From Minisyncoccota bacterium (GTDB lineage: Bacteria; Patescibacteriota; Minisyncoccia; Phycocordibacterales; UBA918), in the NCBI GenBank assembly GCA_041389045.1, contig JAWKSQ010000001.1, forward strand, positions 331,063 to 395,062: DNA of 64,000 nt. Direction: 5' to 3'. The position numbers and the translations under genes are program-made. Positions 36,107 through 45,520 of this stretch are shown piece after piece. The notes beneath the pieces are model-generated. The model saw nothing but the letters and a program-made list of their open reading frames with translations, searched no databases and was not told the DNA's origin. Each line of letters starts with the position of its first letter. The stretch's first letter is position 1.

Positions 36107-39025
36107 ATGAACGCAATTACTTTAACTAAAAAGGTGTTTGGAGTAGCTATGCTACTTTTCTTCGTGTTTGGGCTGTTTAATACTGGCTCATACAACTCAC
36201 AAAATCGACTAGCGGTATTTTCGACTGATGTCGCTATGGCGTCTCCGTCTTCATCTTCGTCATCTTCTTCAAGTTATAGCTATAAGAGCTGTAATGTGGA
36301 CGCTAATGTCTACAGTGTAACTTATGGGTCTGACTTAACTATTTCTTGGACTACCCAGGGATATTCACATATTTCTCTAAATGGAGAAACTGTATCTGGC
36401 TCTAGTGGCACTAAAACTTTTTCAAATATCAAAGTAAATACTACCTACACCCTCGTAGCTACTAACCCAGGTTCAAGTGATAGTTGTACAACTTCAGTGA
36501 CCGTACTTTGTTTGCCAGCACCACTGCCAGCTTGTGAACTTACTCCAGCCAACAAAACTATTCAGGAAGGTGAGTCAGTTACTCTAAACTGGACTACTAC
36601 CAACGCCTCTAGTGTGACTTTGACCAATTTTGGTACAGTCGCAAATTCTGGTAGTAAAAGTACCGGTCCTTTAACGGCCGATAAAAATTATACGCTCACT
36701 GTCGTTGGGGTTGATGGTTCAACAGTGTCTTGTCACTCAGCTATTAAGGTCGAGAAGATTGTTACTCCGCCACCAACTTGTACTTTAACTCCGGTTTCAA
36801 CCACTATTGCTAACGGTGAGTCAGTTACTCTAAACTGGACTACTACCAACGCCTCTAGTGTGACTTTAACCAACTTCGGTACGGTGGCTAATTCTGGTAG
36901 TCAAAACACTGGGGCGCTAAATGCGAGTCAAAACTACACATTAACGGTACTTGGTTTGAATGGCAGTACTGTAACTTGTAACTCAAACATTGTGGTACAA
37001 AATACACCACCTGCGCCACTCTGTGAGTCTTTCACAGCCAGTCCTTCTACTATTACTCGTGGCAACGCTTCAACTTTAACTTGGCAAACTAAAAACGCTA
37101 CTCGAGTAGTGATTGATAATGCAATTGGGGAAGTGAGTGCAAGTGGTAGTACTTCTGTAGCGCCACTGGCTACTACTGAATTCACGCTCAAAGTGTATGG
37201 ACAAAATAATCAAGAAGCGGTTTGTAAAACGACAGTAACTGTTAATGAACCACCTGAGGTCCTGGTGCCAGAATGTACGTCATTTACCGCTAACCCCAGT
37301 ACTTTACCGTTTGGTGGTGGCACTAGTACACTAACTTGGCAAACTAAAAATGCCAGCTCAGTTAGTATTTCACCAATTTTCGGAAGTGTTGAGAAGAATG
37401 GATCAAGGACAGCTTCGATAGCTACTACGACAATCTATACCTTAACCGCGGGTGGAACGGGTACTAGTACAGTTTCTTGTACGACTAAAGTCGAGGTTTT
37501 GCCACCAGTCCCAGTAGCTTTGACATGTGCCAATAATGTTTCACTTTCGGTTAGTCCGACTTCAGTGAGACGAGGTGATTCAGCGACACTCAATTGGACT
37601 ACGAATGGTGTGACTTCAGTCAGTTTTGATCAAGGTGTCTCTGCGACTGGTCTAAATGGTTCTTTTTCAGTTTCACCAAATAGTAGGACCACTTATACGA
37701 TGACAGTTTCTGATGGTAAAACTTCAGCTTCTTGTCCAGTTACTCTTGATGTGACAACTGGTGGAGGAGGGGGAGGTTCTGTATCTCCAAGTTGTGAACT
37801 CTCAGTTTCTAAGACACGAATTAGTCGTGGTGAAGAGGTGACGCTACGTTGGGACAGTACTCGGGCGACCGAAGTAGAGTTGGTTGACTCTTTTAGAAAT
37901 GTCTTGATGACAACCAAGGACCGACTAAGTGATGACAAAGAAGAGTTGTTTGATGGGTCTATCCGGGTCTCACCAAAGCAAGATACGACTTTTATCTTTA
38001 CCGCTAAACGTGGTTCAAGGGATGATGTTTGTAAAGTTAGTGTTGATGTCGGTGGAGGCGTAGTCGTCTCACAGGTGCGAACACAACAACCGCTAATTGC
38101 CGGTATTTCACTAGCACAGGTTCCATACACTGGTTTTGAAGCTGGTCCAATTATGACAGCTACTTTCTATCTACTACTTATGGCTTGGGCGCTCTATCTC
38201 GCTTACTTGATAGTGATTCGTCGCGATAGTATTGGTGGACTGAAATTAGCAGAAGTACCAGTTCCACATACGTCCCCAACTCCTGAAATAATTAGACCAG
38301 ATGTGTTTGTGGCTTCGGTAAAAGTACCAGAAGTACGCTCGACTTTAGAACTCCCGGATAATTTACCGGTAGGTAATCCGATCGTTGGTTATGCTAGTGT
38401 CGCTGGCGAGTCTGCTACTATCTCAACCAACCCTCATCATGCCGATGATCGGACAGTGACTGCTATCGAGAATCATGCCCATAAACGCAAAGTCTTACTT
38501 TCTAGTGATGCTATCAGACACTTTATCGGTACCACCACTAACGAAGAGGAGCGAATAGATGCTCTAGATGAAGTAATTTCTCTAGCTAAGTCACAGTTCC
38601 CGTCTGAGGATGGTTGGGTAGTGATTAATGAAAAGCGTATGAAGGATCTATGTGTTACTTGTTCAGCTAATCAAATAAAGTCAACCAACGCTCCTTATAT
38701 TCCGGCGGTAATTCCTGAGGGCTCCGGTTCTCTAGCCGAAGCGATTGTGACAGGAAACGTTGTAGCGGCCTACGAGATGATTGGTAACCGACCGATGTTT
38801 GCGTTAGCTGATGCTTCAGCTGACCTGGATGCTGTCTATCGTGTTCGCAAAGGTGCTACCAATATCGCTATTTCAGAGCTACTAATGCAAGAGTCAGCTA
38901 GACTTTCTGATGAGCAAATCATGCAAATGATCAAGGCCCTCACTAGTGCTTTAGATGGAGTTTATACTGATGAGGCTTCAGCCGTAAAGATGGCGATTAT
39001 GAAGGCAGTGAAAGTGGCTGCGTAA
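36107..39025 (+). CDS. Large surface protein: signal peptide, seven Cys-bracketed Ig-like domains, a VPYTG sorting-like motif plus TM, then a ~270-aa C-terminal domain
   Basis: 972 aa. Domains of ~80-95 aa carry G-x-S-x-T-L-x-W-x-T-x-N-A. LAQVPYTGFEAGP is at 38120-38134, followed by TM IMTATFYLLLMAWALYLAYLIVI and RRD. Confidence 0.85.
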   Translation: MNAITLTKKVFGVAMLLFFVFGLFNTGSYNSQNRLAVFSTDVAMASPSSSSSSSSSYSYKSCNVDANVYSVTYGSDLTISWTTQGYSHISLNGETVSGSSGTKTFSNIKVNTTYTLVATNPGSSDSCTTSVTVLCLPAPLPACELTPANKTIQEGESVTLNWTTTNASSVTLTNFGTVANSGSKSTGPLTADKNYTLTVVGVDGSTVSCHSAIKVEKIVTPPPTCTLTPVSTTIANGESVTLNWTTTNASSVTLTNFGTVANSGSQNTGALNASQNYTLTVLGLNGSTVTCNSNIVVQNTPPAPLCESFTASPSTITRGNASTLTWQTKNATRVVIDNAIGEVSASGSTSVAPLATTEFTLKVYGQNNQEAVCKTTVTVNEPPEVLVPECTSFTANPSTLPFGGGTSTLTWQTKNASSVSISPIFGSVEKNGSRTASIATTTIYTLTAGGTGTSTVSCTTKVEVLPPVPVALTCANNVSLSVSPTSVRRGDSATLNWTTNGVTSVSFDQGVSATGLNGSFSVSPNSRTTYTMTVSDGKTSASCPVTLDVTTGGGGGGSVSPSCELSVSKTRISRGEEVTLRWDSTRATEVELVDSFRNVLMTTKDRLSDDKEELFDGSIRVSPKQDTTFIFTAKRGSRDDVCKVSVDVGGGVVVSQVRTQQPLIAGISLAQVPYTGFEAGPIMTATFYLLLMAWALYLAYLIVIRRDSIGGLKLAEVPVPHTSPTPEIIRPDVFVASVKVPEVRSTLELPDNLPVGNPIVGYASVAGESATISTNPHHADDRTVTAIENHAHKRKVLLSSDAIRHFIGTTTNEEERIDALDEVISLAKSQFPSEDGWVVINEKRMKDLCVTCSANQIKSTNAPYIPAVIPEGSGSLAEAIVTGNVVAAYEMIGNRPMFALADASADLDAVYRVRKGATNIAISELLMQESARLSDEQIMQMIKALTSALDGVYTDEASAVKMAIMKAVKVAA

Positions 39026-39045
39026 TCATAGAAATAAAATAAACA

Positions 39046-39076
39046 AAAGACGCGCCCATTTATGGGCGCGTCTTTT
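39046..39076. terminator. Bidirectional GC-rich terminator
   Basis: aaaagacgcgccca-tttat-gggcgcgtctttt. Confidence 0.85.
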
Positions 39077-39091
39077 GTTTTAGCTTCTAAT

Positions 39092-40839
39092 CTAGAGTTG
39101 TTTTGTCTCGATTTCAGTTAGTAAGTGATTAGCTAATTTATGTAGATCTATTTGTTTAGAGGTTCCGTCACGAGCTTCAAGGGTCACATTTTTAGCTTCT
39201 ACCTCCTTGTCACCAATAACAATAAAGTAAGGGAGCTTGGCTTGCTTAGCCGAGCGGATTTTCTTACCCATTGATTCGTTGCTGTCATCGAGAACTACTC
39301 GCACACCAACGGCCTTGAGGGCTTGGTAGACTTCTTCAGCGTAATGGTGATGGACGTCATTAACCGGAATTACTTTTACTTGTTCTGGAGCGAGCCAAAG
39401 AGGGAAGTTACCGCCAAGGTGTTCAAGCATGACAGCGGTGAAGCGTTCGAGTGAACCCATGATAGCGCAGTGGATCATCACTATTCGCTCCTTTTCACCT
39501 TTCTCATTAATACAGTTGAGGTTAAACCTTTCCGGTAAGTTCATATCAAGCTGAATAGTAGCCACTTGATGTTCACGACCGAGCGAGTCCTTAGCCATGA
39601 AGTCAAGCTTAGGGCCATACATCGCTGCCTCGCCTGGTGCTTCAAAGTAATTAGCTTTACGTTCGGTGGCGATTTCTCGCAGGGCTGACTCGGCATTTTG
39701 CCAAACTTCTTTAGTCCCTAAATATTTTTCCATTTTGGTTTCATCGTGAAAAGATAGTCTGACTCGCATATCTGAAAAGCCGAAGGTGCCATAGAATGTG
39801 TCAACGATATCCCAAATACGGAAAAACTCATCTTTAACTTGGCTATGGCGACAAAAAACGTGTGAGTCGTCTTGAGTGATAGATAGTACTCGGGTGAGGC
39901 CACCTAGTTCGCCAGATTGCTCGTCCCGGTAGACCATAGTTGTCTCAGCGTAGCGTTGTGGCATGTCGCGATAACTGTGTGGTTTACGGTCGAAGATTTG
40001 TGTATGGTGCGGACAGTTCATTGGTTTGAGAGCGTATTCTTTACCTTCTCGTGTAGTAATGCGAAATAGTTCATCAGCAAATTTCTCCCAGTGTCCAGAA
40101 GTGACGTAAAGATCTTTTTTGGTGATATGAGGAATCGTCACTCTTTGGTAGCCATGCTTGCTCCGTAATTGCCACATGTACTCATCAAGTAGGTGACGCA
40201 CCAAGGTACCGTCTGGTGTCCAAAGTGGCAGACCAGCCCCGACTAACTCTGAGAAAGTAAACAAATCTTGTTCTTTACCTAGTTTGCGGTGGTCGCGTTT
40301 TTTAGCTTCGGCAATTTGCAGTTCGTAAGCATCTAATTCTTCTTTGGTTTCAAAAGCGAGACCATAGATGCGAGTCAGCATCGGGTTTTTTCGTCCCCAC
40401 GCCAGTAGGCGCCAGCGACCTTATCTAGCTTAAAAGCATCGGCCTTAAGGTCTTTGTTGGGATGTTCAGAGTGTCCACCACGGCAGAGGTCAGTGAAACC
40501 ACCACAAGTATAGAGGGTAATAGTTTCACCACGGTCAGCGATTTCTCTTACTAACTCAAGTTTATAAGGGTTGTCTTTGTAAAGTTCTTCAGCATCTTTC
40601 AACGAAACTTCAGCGTGACTGAACTCGGTCCAGGAATTTAGGAGCTTCTTCATGTTTTTCTGAATGTCCTTTAGGTTGTCGTCACCAACAGCTGGACCAC
40701 CAGTAAAGTCGATATCATAGTAGAAGCCGTTATCAATTGCCGGACCAAGCGTGAGTTTGGCGTGAGGATAGTCTTTAAGGACGGCGGCGGCTAGTAGGTG
40801 GGCTAAAGTATGCCTTTTATTCTCTAGAGTGTGTGACAT
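39092..40839 (-). CDS. thrS: Threonyl-tRNA synthetase, short form without TGS domain (frameshift in the A6 run, + strand T-run 40386-40391)
   Basis: N-terminal HTLAHLLAAAV ... CRGGH (editing/SAD-type) ... AYWRGDEK. Adding one A gives NPMLTRIYG and the class II core (ORF 39092..40381). Confidence 0.9.
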
Positions 40840-40999
40840 ATATAGGTGTGGTGCCCAAAATTATATGGTCTGCTTTGTTGCGGAACCTTTGTGTCAAACT
40901 CACCGTATATCCATACGACTCGTTTACCACCTTTCCGCGCCTCGCATACCATATAATTTTGACCACCAGGTAATTAAATAATAATGTGTTTAGGAACGT

Positions 41000-41200
41000 A
41001 AAATCGTCCGAGTAAAAATATAACTAGAGTTATATTTTTACTCGGACGATTTTGAAAACCGCGGTTCCACCGAGCTTCCGAGCATTTTATAAATAAAGTG
41101 CTTCGGCGCTTAAGATACAGATTAGGTGTTAGTGACACAGACCTTGGTCTTAACGTTTGGTAGACGTTACAATCTCTGATTACCTCTATCCTAATCCCTA
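41000..41200 (-). promoter_or_regulatory. T-box riboswitch leader of thrS (terminator/antiterminator type)
   Basis: Minus strand gctcGGTGGAACCGCGg at 41059-41075 matches the T-box core GGUGGUACCGCG. A 25-bp terminator hairpin lies at 41000-41053. Its 5' strand (ccgag) can alternatively pair with the ctcgg of the T-box. Stem-I-like pairing gattagg/cctaatc encloses AGAGA and ACN triplets (ACC at 41159-41161). Confidence 0.75.
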
Positions 41201-41373
41201 ACAGTAAATTGTCAAACTTTAGTTATGTAAAGGAATATCTATTTTCACTTTTAAATATGTGTGATACTGTGAAATTTGGTTAGGTTGGTCCCCAAACATC
41301 TTCAAGGAGTACGAAATGGAATGGTACGAAATCTTAGTGATGTTTTTTTATCGTTTGGTGGCTGTGTGAATTG

Positions 41374-41604
41374 ATGTACACAGCTTTCATTGTTCTGAAA
41401 TATCCAAAAAGGAAGGTGGAAAAGTTTGATTTTGTCGCATTTGGCTACATTTTTGTCTTTTCTTTTACCTTTATAGGCACGAAGCATTGTGTTCGTAGTG
41501 TCTATCACTATTTTGTGCCCCCGCCAAAGTTTCTGCAGCTGAAAGGCTCTAAGTTAGTCACTGAATCTGGAGCTACGGCAAATTCGAAGAATCACCGCCG
41601 CTGA
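41374..41604 (+). CDS. Possible small hydrophobic protein (weak call)
   Basis: 76-aa ORF from ATG 41374 with one TM-like stretch (FDFVAFGYIFVFSFTFIG). A + strand hairpin plus T-run sits at its end. No family is recognised. Confidence 0.25.
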   Translation: MYTAFIVLKYPKRKVEKFDFVAFGYIFVFSFTFIGTKHCVRSVYHYFVPPPKFLQLKGSKLVTESGATANSKNHRR

Positions 41605-41636
41605 TGTTTGCAAGTAGCAACAGCGGCGGTTTTCCA
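41593..41636 (+). terminator. Hairpin with downstream T-run on the + strand, abutting the dnaE stop
   Basis: caccgccgctg ... cagcggcggtg-like stem followed by ttttccatttt. Confidence 0.55.
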
Positions 41637-41645
41637 TTTTAAATA

Positions 41646-44600
41646 TTAAGTAGCTAGGTCTGTCGCTGGTAGAGGAGTCTGTCCAGACAATAACTTAGCT
41701 CTCTCGAGAGCAATACTAGCTTCGTCGTTACGGATAGTTAAGCGACCTTTAATAGCGATACAAGCACCAACGGTAAGAATGGAGCGCAGTTCAGTATAGG
41801 TGCGCGGGAAGGCGACCATTTCAATTTGATCGCGTTTGTCCCCGAGAATCACAAAGGCCATCCGGTCGCCTTTTTTAGTCAGAAGTTCTCTGACACTGAT
41901 GACCATGCCGGCAGTGATAACCGGGATGCCATTACGATTTTCTTCTTTAAAGCTACTGATACTTGGTCTCTTTTTAAGCTCGTCTTCAAATTCATCAAGT
42001 GGATGTCCTGATACATAGACGCCAAGCAAATCCTTTTCCCAAATTAGCATCTGCGCTTTCGGGATAGGTTCGGCTTGGTCAAGGGTGACTGTCTCTTCTT
42101 CGTTCATTCCGCCAAACAACGACTCCTGAGCTGATTCTTTTCCAGCCACATGTTCTTTGTTGAAAGCGAGGAGTTTTTCGACGTTAGCGTACATTAGACC
42201 CCGTTCGCCAAATGAATCCATCGCACCGGTCATGATGAGGGCTTCGATAGATTTCTTATTTAAGTTCCGGTCGTGAATTCTGGTGAGGAAATTGCTGATG
42301 GAAGTAAAGGGACCGTTTTGCTTTCTTTCGCTGATGATTGTTTCTGCAATACCGGCGCCGAAGTTTTTGATGGTAGTGAGCCCAAAGCGAATGGTTTCTT
42401 TGCCAGGTACGACTGAGAAGTCAGCGAAGGATTCATTGATGTCTGGTGGTAACACTTCGACTCCCATCCGTTCACACTCACGAATAATTTCAGAAATTTT
42501 ATCATTATCACCAGAGTCAGCAGTGAGTACAGCTGACATATATTCGACGGGGAAGTTGGCCTTCATGTAGGCGGTTTGGTAAGCAACGCGGCCGTAACTC
42601 GCTGCGTGCGCCTTGTTAAATCCGTAGGCGGCAAAAGGTTCGATTAGTTTCCAGATACGGTCAGCTAGACTCTGGGAGATTTTACCGAAGTTCACAAAGC
42701 CAGTTAGCAGTTTATCTTTTTCGGCAGCCATTACTTCGGGAATTTTCTTACCCATCGCTTTACGGAGCATGTCAGCTTCAAGCCAGCTGTAGCCAGCTAA
42801 GACTCTAGCAATAGTCATTACGTCGTCTTGGTAAGTGATAACACCGTAAGATCGGTCGAGGATAGTTTCCAGTCGGGGATCAAGATATGAAATAAGAGCT
42901 GGATTGTGTTTGCGTTCAATATACTGCGGGATGGACTCCATCGGTCCTGGACGGTAAAGGGCAACCATCGCATTAATATCGTGGATGGTGGTTGGTTTTA
43001 GTTGCTTGAGGAAAGCCGTCATGCCAGAACCGTTGAGCTGGAAGAGTCCCATCGTTTCTCCGCGAGCCAGAATATTAAAAGTCTTAGCGTCATCGAGAGG
43101 AATATTTTCAATATCGACCTCTATTTTACGAATCTTTTTTACCCGTTTTACCGCGTCAGCTAGAATGGCTAAGTTTTTGATACCGAGGAAGTCGAACTTA
43201 AGTAGACCAACACCATCTTCACCGACACTTTTCATTTCGTACTGCGTGATGAACTTACCACTTTTCGGGTCGGGTTGGATTGGGACGAATTGGCTAAGTG
43301 GCTCAGGCGCGATTACGACACCAGCAGCGTGTACGCCAAGGTGACGCACTCTACCTTCAATTTGTTTAGCTAAGTCTATGACTTCTCTCGATTCGGCATC
43401 CTTCTTATATAAGTCAGCTAGGTCAGGTTCAATTTCCAGTGCCTTAGTGATGGTCATTGGAAAACCTTGGCTACCCATGGGGATGAGTTTAGCTATCCGG
43501 TCGCCAGTCGAGTAGGGATGACCTAGGGCGCGAGCTACATCGCGCACGGCCGCGCGCGCCATCATGGTACCAAAGGTACCAATTTGGGCTACTTTGTCGG
43601 CCCCATACTTAGTTTTGGCGTATTCAATTATTTCGTCACGACGGTTATCAGCAAAGTCCATGTCGATATCGGGGGCTGACGGACGTTCGGGGTTAAGGAA
43701 ACGTTCGAAGGGAAGTTTGTATTCGAGTGGATCTACGTTAGTAATTCCGAGGACATAAGTGGTGAGTGAACCGGCTACCGAACCTCTAATTGTAGTAAGG
43801 ATGCCACGTTTACGCGCTTCGTTTAGGAGGTCACCCACTACCAGAAAGTACTTAGCGTAACCTTTAGTTTTGATAACTGACAACTCGTAGTCGAGTCTGT
43901 CCATCACGGTTTTGTCGTTAGGATCTAGTTTGCGCCAAGAGACTCCTTCATAAGCGGTGGCTTTTAGTTCGTCGTCGGGGTTACGACCACTTTCGATTGG
44001 ATAATCAGGGAAGTACCAGTGAGTACCGATTTCTATTTCCACACTGCAAGCCTCAGCAATTTTCACAGTATTAGCTAGGGCGTCGGGTGTATCCTTAAAT
44101 AACTCCTCGGCTTTGGCTTGGGTGATAAATGAAAAATCTTCTGTACTACCATGATCATCGGTAGTGTCTACGACACCACCATTTTGGATCTTGATCATTA
44201 CTTCTCTCGCTACGCGGTCTTCTGGTTTTAGGTAATAGACATCATGAGCAGCCACCAACTCAGTTTTAGTTTTACGAGCCAGGTCAATTAACTTATTTTG
44301 AATTTTTTCATGATCAATAATTTCTGGGTGATGCGTAATTTCTAAATAACAATCATCACCAAAAGTTTGCTTGTACCAATCTAGTCTTTGCTCAGCTTTA
44401 GTGTCGTTTATATCTTTGTAGGCTTGAGCGACTTCGCCAGCAAAAGAGGGAATAATACAAATTAAATCTTTAGCATACTTTTTGATTAGTTCTTCGTCGA
44501 GTCTAGGTCGATAGTAAAAACCTTCCAGGTTTGATTCAGTGACTAACTTGATTAGGTTTTGATAACCAGTAAAAGTTTTAGCTAATAGAACTAAGCGAGA

Positions 44601-44879
44601 ACGAGGTTTGTCTATCTGCGCCTCTTTGTCATGTCTGGTACGAGGAGCTAGGTAAGCATCAAGTCCGATGATGGGTTTAATGCCGGCATAAGTACAAGCT
44701 TTATAAAAGTCGATGGCACCATAGAGAGCACCATTATCGGTGATAGCTAAGTAAGGTTGATTGTCGGCTTTAGCGGCTGCCGCCAGTTCTTTTGGGGTAG
44801 GTAGGGCATTTAGGAGAGAGAAGTGACTGTGGACATGGAGGTGAACGAATTTTGGTGGAGTTGGCGTAGTTTCGGACAT
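41646..44879 (-). CDS. dnaE: DNA polymerase III alpha subunit
   Basis: PHP domain FVHLHVHSHFSLL, polymerase core (GRVRHLGVHAAGVVI), HhH and an OB-fold C-terminus. The MSETTPTPPKF start at 44879 is preferred over the upstream in-frame extension to 44918. Confidence 0.95.
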   Translation of the reverse strand: MSETTPTPPKFVHLHVHSHFSLLNALPTPKELAAAAKADNQPYLAITDNGALYGAIDFYKACTYAGIKPIIGLDAYLAPRTRHDKEAQIDKPRSRLVLLAKTFTGYQNLIKLVTESNLEGFYYRPRLDEELIKKYAKDLICIIPSFAGEVAQAYKDINDTKAEQRLDWYKQTFGDDCYLEITHHPEIIDHEKIQNKLIDLARKTKTELVAAHDVYYLKPEDRVAREVMIKIQNGGVVDTTDDHGSTEDFSFITQAKAEELFKDTPDALANTVKIAEACSVEIEIGTHWYFPDYPIESGRNPDDELKATAYEGVSWRKLDPNDKTVMDRLDYELSVIKTKGYAKYFLVVGDLLNEARKRGILTTIRGSVAGSLTTYVLGITNVDPLEYKLPFERFLNPERPSAPDIDMDFADNRRDEIIEYAKTKYGADKVAQIGTFGTMMARAAVRDVARALGHPYSTGDRIAKLIPMGSQGFPMTITKALEIEPDLADLYKKDAESREVIDLAKQIEGRVRHLGVHAAGVVIAPEPLSQFVPIQPDPKSGKFITQYEMKSVGEDGVGLLKFDFLGIKNLAILADAVKRVKKIRKIEVDIENIPLDDAKTFNILARGETMGLFQLNGSGMTAFLKQLKPTTIHDINAMVALYRPGPMESIPQYIERKHNPALISYLDPRLETILDRSYGVITYQDDVMTIARVLAGYSWLEADMLRKAMGKKIPEVMAAEKDKLLTGFVNFGKISQSLADRIWKLIEPFAAYGFNKAHAASYGRVAYQTAYMKANFPVEYMSAVLTADSGDNDKISEIIRECERMGVEVLPPDINESFADFSVVPGKETIRFGLTTIKNFGAGIAETIISERKQNGPFTSISNFLTRIHDRNLNKKSIEALIMTGAMDSFGERGLMYANVEKLLAFNKEHVAGKESAQESLFGGMNEEETVTLDQAEPIPKAQMLIWEKDLLGVYVSGHPLDEFEDELKKRPSISSFKEENRNGIPVITAGMVISVRELLTKKGDRMAFVILGDKRDQIEMVAFPRTYTELRSILTVGACIAIKGRLTIRNDEASIALERAKLLSGQTPLPATDLAT

Positions 44880-44909
44880 GGTCGGGACATTATAGCACTC
44901 GCTCGTAGC

Positions 44910-45099
44910 TCTCGCCAAAAAGTAGGGAATGTTTCGTTCTGGTGACTAAAATGTTACTGAGTTTTACTTGAGACTGGTATCTCAACCGCGGTGGACTTTA
45001 TAAGCAGGTCCTCACTCCTGGCATTGTCGTTGCGGATGCTCATAAAGTCCACCGTGGTTTAATATTTCCCGATGTAAAATTTCCTACTTTTTGATGAGA
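44910..45099. other. 190-nt long-range imperfect palindrome (rod-like fold) in the dnaE-divergent intergenic region
   Basis: The outer arms 44910-44926 / 45083-45099 form 17 bp with 1 mismatch. The inner arms 44984-45005 / 45038-45059 form 22 bp with 2 non-Watson-Crick positions. The intervening loops are asymmetric, 57 nt versus 23 nt. Confidence 0.6.
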
Positions 45100-45156
45100 G
45101 TACCCGCTCGTGTTTGTAGGTCAAGGTGTTTAATAATATTGTATAATCTGAATACA

Positions 45157-45520
45157 TGGTAGAAAATTTTGAGCAAACTGCTGATTTTATTAAACCAGAT
45201 TTAGTAGATGAAATTGGTGAATTTAAGAGGACAGCAGATGTTTTTAATATAGAAGATTCCGCACTACTATTTTTAGCGGAGGAAGGTTGCCTGCAGTTTT
45301 AAGTGAGGATATTTGGAAAAGTCTGCAGAACAGTGACTCCGATCGAAAAAGGTGATTGGTCACAAGTAGAGAAGTGTTCTGTTATGCAAGAAAAGCCTAG
45401 AGATTGGGAAAATCTAAAAAGTCTTTTAGAAGCTGGACAAAAAATAAACGCACCAATTGTATTAATCGGAATAGTAATGAACGACTCATGGTGTCTAGGC
45501 CCGGGGTTCCTAAAATCTGG
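45157..45520 (+). pseudogene. Decayed ORF of unknown function, spread over three frames
   Basis: MVENFEQTADFIKPDLVDEIGEF ..., then DWENLKSLLEAGQKINAPIVLI, then NERLMVSRPGVPKIWLFEV, each in a different + frame. Confidence 0.4.

Noticed and set aside
44910-45099. Calling the long palindrome as 6S RNA or SRP RNA.
   Set aside because: Only the overall rod-with-bubble shape fits. I could not find the SRP domain IV motif or any family-specific sequence, and the strand is undetermined. It is left as an unassigned structure.
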